Shown here: positions 17,241 to 24,000 of the stretch, one piece after another | Layout of the letters: the number at the start of each line of letters is the position of its first letter | Numbering within the stretch: position 1 is the stretch's first letter | NCBI RefSeq assembly: GCF_015694405.1 | Contig: NZ_JADQDB010000005.1 | Coordinates: forward strand, 589-24,588 | DNA length: 24,000 bases | Direction: 5' to 3' | Source of the DNA: Pelagibacterium limicola | GTDB taxonomy: Bacteria > Pseudomonadota > Alphaproteobacteria > Rhizobiales > Devosiaceae | The notes under the pieces: model-generated | Told to the model about the DNA's origin: nothing | What the model saw: the letters and a program-made list of their open reading frames with translations, nothing else | The model's database searches: none | Program-made: the position numbers and the translations under genes

Positions 17241-17661
17241 TCCGATCGCCGCTACGACCACCAAACGAATGGCGGCAACGACGGGACGCGATAATCCGCG
17301 TGAACGGGCGCTGCGATCCGCGCTGCACTGTCGTGGCCTGCGGTTCAGGCTGCATCGACGGCTGCTGACCAATTCGCGGCGAACGGTCGATATCGTCTTC
17401 CCGCGCGCCCGGCTCGCCGTCTTCCTCGACGGCTGCTTTTGGCATGGATGCCCGTCGCACGGCACTTGGCCCAAGAACAACGCCGAGTGGTGGCGGGAGA
17501 AGATCGAGACCAATGTCGCGCGCGATCGCGACACGGATCGTCGTCTGGAGGCGCTGGGCTGGACGGTGATGCGTATCTGGGAACACGAGCCGATCGAGGA
17601 CGCCGCCGATCGGCTCGGGCATTGGCTGCGCCGCATTCAAACCGAGAACACTCGCGCCTGA
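17218..17661 (+). CDS. vsr: very-short-patch repair endonuclease
   Basis: VFLDGCFWHGCP, NAEWWREKI and GWTVMRIWEHE are Vsr hallmarks. The ATG at 17218 gives 147 aa and overlaps the methyltransferase 3' end by 23 nt in another frame. Confidence 0.9.
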   Translation: MTRPTRPDPIAATTTKRMAATTGRDNPRERALRSALHCRGLRFRLHRRLLTNSRRTVDIVFPRARLAVFLDGCFWHGCPSHGTWPKNNAEWWREKIETNVARDRDTDRRLEALGWTVMRIWEHEPIEDAADRLGHWLRRIQTENTRA

Positions 17662-18983
17662 TCCTTGAGCGAGGTCCAGATGCGGCGGTGCGCTTCGAAA
17701 CCGGACCATGTGCCGTCCTCCGCGCCGGCGGCGACCGTGTCGCAGCCATGGACGTAATCGGCGATAACACCGCGAACCGCCTCGCGTGCGACGACCACGC
17801 AGCCGATCTGATGGCGGGACAGCGACACGCACCACCGGCCTGCTTCGAGATCGAAGGCGACCGGTCGCTCCGGGAGCGAGAGCGGGTGACGAACAACCGA
17901 GATCGGCAGCTGGAGGCCCTGCCATCGTTCGACCGTGTCGACGCGCAGCCCGCCGCGCCCGCGCTGCCGCAGGCGATCGGCGATGGCACCGCCCGACACG
18001 ACGTGGGGATCGATGCAGCCGACGTCGTCCTCGCGCAGCGCGCGCTCCCCGATCCATTCGCCCTGCCGGACCAGCACGCGATCGGCGACGTGCGCAATGA
18101 GCTCGGCCAACTCGAGATCGGCCTCCTGATGGGCGGGCGCACGGCCTGGTAAGGTCAGGGCTACGAGACTCCGCCCCGCAGCGATCGCATCGAGCGCATC
18201 GTCGATGCCGCGCTCGAGCCCGGAGACGGCGAAGCGCAACCGACGCTTGTTGGGGTCGACGACCGAGTCGAACGGCAGGTCGGGATAGAAAGATGCCTGA
18301 ACGAGGGCAGCGGTGTCCGGTAGCAAGCGGCGCGTCACGGGAAGCCCGAACACGGGCGTGCCGGGGAAGCGATCCAAGACATAGGCAGGGGCCGACCAGT
18401 GGATCTTGTGCGGCGCGGCCTCAAGGTTGGTCGTGTCGGCCGAGGTAACCGGATCGAGCTGCCCTGGATCGCCGACCATCAGCACGCGAGTGGCGAGGCT
18501 CGCGATCGGCATGAAGTCGGAAGCGGCCAATTGATAGGCTTCGTCCACGATCATCAGGTCGAATGTCCCGATCGGGAGCTGGTGCAGATAGGCGGCAAGG
18601 AGGTGGGCGTTGGTGACGATCACGCCTGGGCCGATGTTCAGGCCGGGCGCCCATCCGCTCGACGCCGTGATGCGGCCGATGAGGTCGACCGGCAGGACTC
18701 GATGCTTGGCATGAGCGAGTTCGGTGCGCGGAAAGCGATAGTCCAGCAAGCGGCGCGCCACGTCATAGAGCTGCGATACGCCTGGGGTGACGATGACCAC
18801 GCGCATGGCGGGACGCGCCACAGCAACCGCCGTGGCGCACTCGACGAGGAAGGTTTTGCCGGCACCGGGCGGCGACTTCACGATGGTGAGCGGCGCGGTG
18901 CCGAAGAGAGCATGATCGATCGCGGCATCGAGCACGCGGTCCGCGTCGTCTTGGCGCTGCCGAATGGCCGTGGTCATGGTCAT
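17637..18983 (-). CDS. SF1 helicase, compact Upf1/Dna2/RecD-like type (gene 4 of the four-gene operon)
   Basis: Motifs seen: SPPGAGKT, MIVDEAYQ, MVGDPGQL, TVERWQGLQ and VSLSRHQ. The ATG at 18983 overlaps the upstream stop (ATGA). The track ORF extends to 19073. Confidence 0.8.
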   Translation of the reverse strand: MTMTTAIRQRQDDADRVLDAAIDHALFGTAPLTIVKSPPGAGKTFLVECATAVAVARPAMRVVIVTPGVSQLYDVARRLLDYRFPRTELAHAKHRVLPVDLIGRITASSGWAPGLNIGPGVIVTNAHLLAAYLHQLPIGTFDLMIVDEAYQLAASDFMPIASLATRVLMVGDPGQLDPVTSADTTNLEAAPHKIHWSAPAYVLDRFPGTPVFGLPVTRRLLPDTAALVQASFYPDLPFDSVVDPNKRRLRFAVSGLERGIDDALDAIAAGRSLVALTLPGRAPAHQEADLELAELIAHVADRVLVRQGEWIGERALREDDVGCIDPHVVSGGAIADRLRQRGRGGLRVDTVERWQGLQLPISVVRHPLSLPERPVAFDLEAGRWCVSLSRHQIGCVVVAREAVRGVIADYVHGCDTVAAGAEDGTWSGFEAHRRIWTSLKDQARVFSV

Positions 18984-20380
18984 CGCCTCGCTGCGCGCGC
19001 AATCGCGAGCGCCGATTGGCCGGTCGAGGGGCGGGGTGGAATCGCAGGGGCCGCATCTCCGTAGAAGATCCAAGGCTGCCGATTCCTCGTCTCCTTCAGA
19101 GCCTTGTGATTCACGAAGGCATAGGCGTCGCGCAGCAGTTCGACGCGCGCGCCCACGGTGAGCACTCCGGTCTGGCGGACGCCTTCGGTGATCTCTATCG
19201 AGATGCGCGTGCCGCCGGCGGCGGTCGCGCCGAGCGCCCTCACGACGCCTTTCACCCCGCAGCCAACGATCTTGATCTTGTCGTCGAGCCGGAAGCGGAT
19301 GACGTTCTGGTCCGACTCCACGTCGATGTCGCAGGGCTTGAAGTTGCGGCGGGGTTGGCTGACGTTCGTGACCGTGCCAATCACGACACCGCCCGCTCGT
19401 ATGGCCTGTTCGCGCAGTGCCGGGTCATTCTCTAGGGCCGCGAGCTCCGCTTTGTCACGGCCGGCCTCGAGCGTGCCCAGCTCGGCGGCGAGCCGATGGG
19501 GCGCGCGGGCCGGGTAGAAACCGTTCTGCAGGTCGTATTCGACGCGCTTGGCCGAATCCTCGACCAGGCTGCCGAGGCCCGTCGCCGGCAATCCCAGGGC
19601 CAGGAAGGCGCCGCGCCCTTCGACCAACAGGTGCCATTCCCGAACAATCCAATGCCGCAATGTATCGGCGATCTGCGCTTGCAGCGCGTGCCGGCGTGCG
19701 CCTGCCGCGTTCTTGGCCTCCTTGCGCAGACGATCGATCCGGTCATCGATGGGTTGGTCCGGCGTGTTCGGGAGAATGCCCGACGCGGGCAGTCGGATGC
19801 GTTCGCGCGATTCGGTCAGGGGATCAGTCACGGTGGCATCGAACCAAGCCAGGATGGCGTCGAGGTGGCCCGCCTCGATCGGGGCCATGCCCGTGACGCA
19901 ATGGTCCTGCAGCAGGGCCGCCGCATCGGCAACGAGCTGCTGGCCCGGGACCATCGCTTCGCGCGCTATGATTCGACAGGTCTCGCCCATGCGCCGGATC
20001 TCATCGGGCGCATTCTCGTTGCGCCAATAACGATGGCCGAGCACGTCGAGCGCTTCGAGCGTGACGCCATGGGGAATCCAGACGCGCATCGCACTGGCGG
20101 TCGCAAGCGCCCGATCGACCGTCGCGTTGAGGAAATCGGCGAACGGGCACAGATCCCCCACGTCGCGGCCGATCGGGTCGAGCCGCACGACGATTTGAGG
20201 ATCGCGATCCAAGGTGCCGAACGCGATCGCCTGAATGTGCTCCTCGGTGACGATCTTGATCGTGGCAATGCCGATGGTGATCGCCGGATCGGGCGAGAGG
20301 CCACTCGACGTGCGCGTCGCGAGTGCGCGGCCGGTATACCGGGCGACCACGCGATTGATGGTATCCTCGAACGCGTTCAT
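18980..20380 (-). CDS. hypothetical protein, 466 aa (gene 3 of the four-gene operon)
   Basis: Third codon positions are strongly G/C over the whole ORF. ATGA overlaps occur at both ends. No motif recognised. The C-terminus looks beta-rich (IRFRLDDKIKIVGCGVKGVV...). Confidence 0.7.
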   Translation of the reverse strand: MNAFEDTINRVVARYTGRALATRTSSGLSPDPAITIGIATIKIVTEEHIQAIAFGTLDRDPQIVVRLDPIGRDVGDLCPFADFLNATVDRALATASAMRVWIPHGVTLEALDVLGHRYWRNENAPDEIRRMGETCRIIAREAMVPGQQLVADAAALLQDHCVTGMAPIEAGHLDAILAWFDATVTDPLTESRERIRLPASGILPNTPDQPIDDRIDRLRKEAKNAAGARRHALQAQIADTLRHWIVREWHLLVEGRGAFLALGLPATGLGSLVEDSAKRVEYDLQNGFYPARAPHRLAAELGTLEAGRDKAELAALENDPALREQAIRAGGVVIGTVTNVSQPRRNFKPCDIDVESDQNVIRFRLDDKIKIVGCGVKGVVRALGATAAGGTRISIEITEGVRQTGVLTVGARVELLRDAYAFVNHKALKETRNRQPWIFYGDAAPAIPPRPSTGQSALAIARAARR

Positions 20381-21426
20381 GCCGCTCTCCCCACTTCATG
20401 CTGGTCAGCGAGGGTCCGAAGCCGTTCGGCGACGATCCGTTCGTGCTCATCGGCCGGCGCTACAGCGCCCGTCAGGAGGCCGATGACCCGATCCATCGCT
20501 ATGTCACCGAGCACCTCGCCGGCGACATCACCCATGTCGGCGGCGCGCCCTGCCACGCGTTCGCGGCACCATTGCGCCATGACGCAGCTGGCCAGGCACG
20601 CATCCTGGAAATTGGGTTCGAGATCGGTGGCCACGGTATAAGGCGCCGCGCCGGCGCGCAGCATGTTGATACGTTCGCGATGACGCAGGAACGCCGCGAT
20701 ACCGATGCGAATGGCCTCGACCGCCCCGCCGAGATCCTCGATGCGCGGTGCATGGGGGCGCAGGCCGTTGGGCCGGGAGAAAATCAGCAAGCCCTTTGGG
20801 GCGACCAACATCGCTGGGTCGAGGCGATGATATTCGTGGCGAAGCGCCAGAACCTGCGCCCCGAGCTGGAGGCGGACGCGCGCAAGATCTCCCCGGGGGA
20901 CCTCATTTTCGCGAACGATGAACGATTTGAGATCGCCGGGCAGATAACAGCCCAGTTCCACCGACCAGACCAGCAGATCGGGCGCGATGAAGAAATAAGG
21001 CCGCGGGCCCGGGCTAGTCGGAATGAGCAGCTGCGGCTGGACGATGATGTGCGGTGCGGTCCCGCCACGGATGCTGTCGGTGAGGATCGCGCGCGTGATA
21101 TTGAGCCGTGCGATCCTCGCATCGTCCTTGCTGCCGGGGTGGTCGTCGGTGAGATTGCGCACCCGGACGTCGTCGGGATCGAGCCCGATAAGCGGGCTCA
21201 GCGTCTCGCGCAGCAGGCGAGCATCGCCGGCATACGCGTTGCTCTCGAACTGAGCGCCGCGGCGCTTGGATGATTGGCGTTCACCGAACTCGCGATCGTA
21301 GCGCTCGCCCACGACCTGCTCGTAGAAGCGCTTCTCCGAGCCCTCCTGCATGACCATGGCCCCGAGGATCTCGCATGTCGGGTTGCCAGCGAGACGGACT
21401 AGGGCGGTGCTGCCCTTAACGCTCAT
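20377..21426 (-). CDS. PD-(D/E)xK nuclease, Cas4/RecB-like with a possible Fe-S cysteine set (gene 2 of the four-gene operon)
   Basis: GAQFE (57-61), FFIAPD (145-150) and GDLK (164-167) are present. Cys18 plus C277-x3-C281-x5-C287 resemble the 1+3 cysteine pattern of Cas4/AddB/Dna2 nuclease domains. Confidence 0.65.
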   Translation of the reverse strand: MSVKGSTALVRLAGNPTCEILGAMVMQEGSEKRFYEQVVGERYDREFGERQSSKRRGAQFESNAYAGDARLLRETLSPLIGLDPDDVRVRNLTDDHPGSKDDARIARLNITRAILTDSIRGGTAPHIIVQPQLLIPTSPGPRPYFFIAPDLLVWSVELGCYLPGDLKSFIVRENEVPRGDLARVRLQLGAQVLALRHEYHRLDPAMLVAPKGLLIFSRPNGLRPHAPRIEDLGGAVEAIRIGIAAFLRHRERINMLRAGAAPYTVATDLEPNFQDACLASCVMAQWCRERVAGRAADMGDVAGEVLGDIAMDRVIGLLTGAVAPADEHERIVAERLRTLADQHEVGRAA

Positions 21427-22177
21427 CGGCGCTCACCCAGCCCGGCTTCGAGCCCGGCAGCGACACCAGCGGCGCCCGGGCTCCGAACAGAAGATCGCGT
21501 TCGGACAGGCGCGTGGCGAGCGTCTCGGCCGCTTCGATGCGGGTCCTCTCGTCCTCAGCACGATGGCGCCCGATCAGTTCCGCGATCGCCTTCAGCCATT
21601 CGTCATAGGGGAACATGCCGCGCTGCACTTGCAGGCCGGCGTCGCGCGCCTGGTCGGCCGCGACATAGTTCAAAGTCTCCGGGTTGGCGGCGACCAGCTC
21701 CTTGCGGTGCGCGGCACGCGCCAGGCGGATTGTCCAGGCTGCGCCCTCGAGAAAGAGCAGCCGCCCAGACATCGGCCCGATGATGCGGTTCTGGAGCGGC
21801 CAGTCCGACCGCGCCCAGAAGCGCTTCACCGCCTGCCCCTGATCATGGGTCAGGCAATGGCAGAGATAGACTGGCTTGGCCCGGGACGAGTCGAAGGACT
21901 TGGCCTCATCGTTGGAGAGCGTTCCGAAGCGGGTCGAAGGGATCGTGCGGTCCTGGAGTGGGCGCAGCACGTTCGCGATCAGAAGCGAGTTGAGCGGCAC
22001 CATGGCATCGCCCAGCAAGTCGAGGACGATCTCGCGGAGCGGCCGCCCGCCATCCGGCGTCCGCGGCCGGCTGCGTCGTTCGAGACGGGCACGATGCTCG
22101 CGCACCTCAAGGAGGCGGCGTTCGAGTTCAGCTTCCTCTGCGCGGAGACGGTCGAGATCGGTCGTATGTGCGTTCAT
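21416..22177 (-). CDS. hypothetical protein, 253 aa, N-terminal coiled-coil-like region (gene 1 of the four-gene operon)
   Basis: ATG 22177. The N-terminus is charged and heptad-like (DLDRLRAEEAELERRLLEVREHRARLERR). It overlaps gene 2 by 11 nt. No family recognised. Confidence 0.6.
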   Translation of the reverse strand: MNAHTTDLDRLRAEEAELERRLLEVREHRARLERRSRPRTPDGGRPLREIVLDLLGDAMVPLNSLLIANVLRPLQDRTIPSTRFGTLSNDEAKSFDSSRAKPVYLCHCLTHDQGQAVKRFWARSDWPLQNRIIGPMSGRLLFLEGAAWTIRLARAAHRKELVAANPETLNYVAADQARDAGLQVQRGMFPYDEWLKAIAELIGRHRAEDERTRIEAAETLATRLSERDLLFGARAPLVSLPGSKPGWVSADER

Positions 22178-22187
22178 GAGTCGTATC

Positions 22188-22227
22188 CTATAGAACTCTA
22201 TCGGACTTGTCTATAGGAAACTATCGG
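22188..22227 (-). promoter_or_regulatory. four phased CTAT(A/C)G motifs directly upstream of the four-gene operon (candidate operator/promoter)
   Basis: ctatag 22188, ctatcgg 22198, ctatag 22211 and ctatcgg 22221 are spaced 10, 13 and 10 bp apart. cctataga (22187-22194) and tctatagg (22210-22217) form an inverted repeat. The 59-nt gap is AT-rich. Confidence 0.45.
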
Positions 22228-22236
22228 GAAACTCCA

Positions 22237-23187
22237 TCAGGGAATGTAGACCGCACTGCGGTGGTGGTGGAAATAGGCTCTGCTCTCGTCCCGGAGTGGC
22301 CGTGGTGGCGGTCTCTGGACGGTGTGCATCCCGAGCTTGACCGCGTCCGTCTCCTGTAATTGGGAGGAAAAGAGCGCTCGACCATCGTCTTCGAACCCGA
22401 TCAGCCCCCGATCGAACAGGAAATCGGCGTGCGGCGCGAGCATCAGGCCATTGAACCCATCGAGACGTTCCGCGGCCGTGCCGCAAGCGCGCCATGGCTT
22501 GATATGGCTCGCGATCAGCAGATTGGGCTTGTCGATCCCCGTGATCCGGCAAATGGGCTCGACGTCGAGGACACGTTTGCGGAAGAGGCCCTGACCGCGC
22601 CGTGCACGGGTCAGCTGCTCGCGGACCGTTCGATCGATGGACGTGTCCTCAAGAATGCTTCGCTCGACGAGATCGTCCAGCGTCGTCGCGAAATCGGAGA
22701 TCGTCTTGGCCGGCGCCACGAGGAGATCGGCACGAGGCAACCTCGCGGCCTCAAGGACGAGATCGACGAGGGCGCGGTCGACCTCCGCCAGATAAGCCTT
22801 TTGATTGCCGTTCCCGGTCGTGGGTTGGATCGGCGAGTGCGTAGCGGGTAGGAGTGGCGCCAGCCGTGCGAGCATATCTTTGGGCCGGACGGCCAGGGCG
22901 GCGTCGAGCCACTCGACTGGGAGTAGCCATCCGACGGCATTCCAATAGGCACCGATCGAACCGAACTCCTCGGGCTTGGGAGCGCTGATCGCGAAGTCGG
23001 CGACGATCCCAATCCGACCCACTCTACCCTCGGCATAGGAGAGAACCAGATCGCCGGGTGCGGCAAGACGCATGTTGTCATAGAATCTGCTGCGGGCGCC
23101 GTTGGCCTCGGTCACGGGAGACCAGAGATAGCCGCCGGCGATTTCCTGGCGCATCGTCTGCGCATGATTGACCCACCAATATCGCAC
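22237..23187 (-). CDS. HNH endonuclease with an N-terminal PUA-like (EVE/ASCH-type) domain; putative modification-dependent (type IV-like) restriction enzyme
   Basis: The C-terminal HNH_2-type motif is ASH228IKPW...GFN246GLMLAPH253ADFLFDRG. The N-terminus MRYWWVNHAQT...GGYLWSP... is typical of PUA-like reader domains fused to nucleases. GTG start. Confidence 0.8.
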   Translation of the reverse strand: MRYWWVNHAQTMRQEIAGGYLWSPVTEANGARSRFYDNMRLAAPGDLVLSYAEGRVGRIGIVADFAISAPKPEEFGSIGAYWNAVGWLLPVEWLDAALAVRPKDMLARLAPLLPATHSPIQPTTGNGNQKAYLAEVDRALVDLVLEAARLPRADLLVAPAKTISDFATTLDDLVERSILEDTSIDRTVREQLTRARRGQGLFRKRVLDVEPICRITGIDKPNLLIASHIKPWRACGTAAERLDGFNGLMLAPHADFLFDRGLIGFEDDGRALFSSQLQETDAVKLGMHTVQRPPPRPLRDESRAYFHHHRSAVYIP

Positions 23188-23276
23188 AAAGCGATGATGA
23201 TCTCATCGATCCGGATTTTACAAGCCGAGAGGAGAGAGCGTCAGCGCCAACAACGAGTTAATCTCATCAGGCGTAG

Positions 23277-23429
<153 letters not shown>

Positions 23430-23454
23430 TGAACTTTTTGCGAGTTAAAAGCCA

Positions 23455-23483
23455 AGAACGAGGACCTCGCAAATCCTTGTTCT
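23455..23483. terminator. terminator-like hairpin between the two tRNA-Arg sequences
   Basis: agaacgagga (23455-23464) pairs with tccttgttct (23474-23483): 10 bp with one G-U pair on the plus transcript, or one A-C mismatch on the minus transcript. On the minus strand it is followed by UGGCUUUUAA. Confidence 0.35.
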
Positions 23484-23522
23484 CACTGTCTATTTTCGTC
23501 TCCTTCCTTGCCCAAACCGACT

Positions 23523-23572
<50 letters not shown>

Positions 23573-23696
23573 TTCGGGCGGTGGGCCGCACGCGAACTGG
23601 CCGGAACCTACTTTAAGGTCGAACGAAGCGCAACCACTAGATTGGGCCGGGAGACAGCAGCGTCGACAGCGTTCCGGACATGAAAGGCAAGCGTAT

Positions 23697-24000
23697 TCAA
23701 AAAGGAACGGGGGCGTGGAAATCGACGCTTTCACCGGTCGCTGGGTGGATGAAGCCGAGATGGGCGGCGTGCAGGTTCAAGCGGTCGGCGGCGGCAAGGG
23801 CTTCGCCCGTTGCGTAAAATTCGTCGCCAATGATCGGATGGCCGATTTCCCGCATGTGCACTCTCAGCTGGTGGGTACGCCCGGTGAGCGGGGTAAGCTG
23901 CACACGCGTCACCTGACTTTCACGGGCAACGACCTGCCAGCGGGTCTGGGCGGGTCGTCCGCGTGCGTGATCCACCTGTTGGCGGGGCTTGTTTTCCCAA
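23697..24000 (-). CDS. RluA-family pseudouridine synthase (C-terminal part; the ORF stays open to the window edge)
   Basis: LTGRTHQLRVHMREIGHPIIGDEFY is the conserved RluA-family C-terminal block. The frame remains open upstream of 23975. Confidence 0.8.
   Translation of the reverse strand, partial: WENKPRQQVDHARGRPAQTRWQVVARESQVTRVQLTPLTGRTHQLRVHMREIGHPIIGDEFYATGEALAAADRLNLHAAHLGFIHPATGESVDFHAPVPF

Noticed and set aside
16572-18152. Cluster of overlapping ORFs (354, 320, 265 and 237 aa) across the methyltransferase 3' end, vsr and the helicase 3' end
   Set aside because: All are alternative frames or strands of regions already explained by motif-bearing genes. The sequences are arginine/proline-rich shadows.
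19496-22216. Plus-strand ORFs of 381, 291 and 288 aa opposite the four-gene operon
   Set aside because: Their translations are R/D/G-rich and low in information. They ignore the ATGA-coupled gene boundaries. The minus strand carries the helicase and nuclease motifs and a clear G/C preference at third codon positions.

Overview
GC-rich, alphaproteobacterial-looking DNA. (1) 1-3.2 kb holds small cargo or chromosomal genes: an AAC(3)-family acetyltransferase, a LysE exporter, membrane proteins and a VOC protein. (2) 3.25-8.9 kb is a minus-strand block typical of the leading/maintenance region of alphaproteobacterial integrative conjugative elements (ICEs). It carries a DUF2493/SLOG protein, a toprim protein, a 703-aa ParB-like protein and ArdC. 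ArdC is broken by one in-frame TAG, and a ~95-105 nt conserved leader is repeated in front of the ParB-like gene and ardC. (3) 9.2-23.2 kb is a dense defence-type island. It contains Fic plus an OLD nuclease and UvrD helicase (Gabija-like), an unrecognised two-gene operon, and a C5-cytosine methyltransferase with an overlapping vsr. It also contains an unrecognised, translationally coupled four-gene nuclease-helicase operon, which is the best candidate for a new system, and a PUA-like/HNH endonuclease. (4) The island ends at an intact tRNA-Arg(CCG). A truncated second tRNA-Arg(CCG) copy follows, then an RluA-family gene that runs off the window. I saw no integrase, transposase, CRISPR array or rRNA. 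Many long ORFs in the track, including the 992-aa one, are antisense shadows typical of high-GC DNA. All family assignments come from motif recognition by eye; no database search was run.
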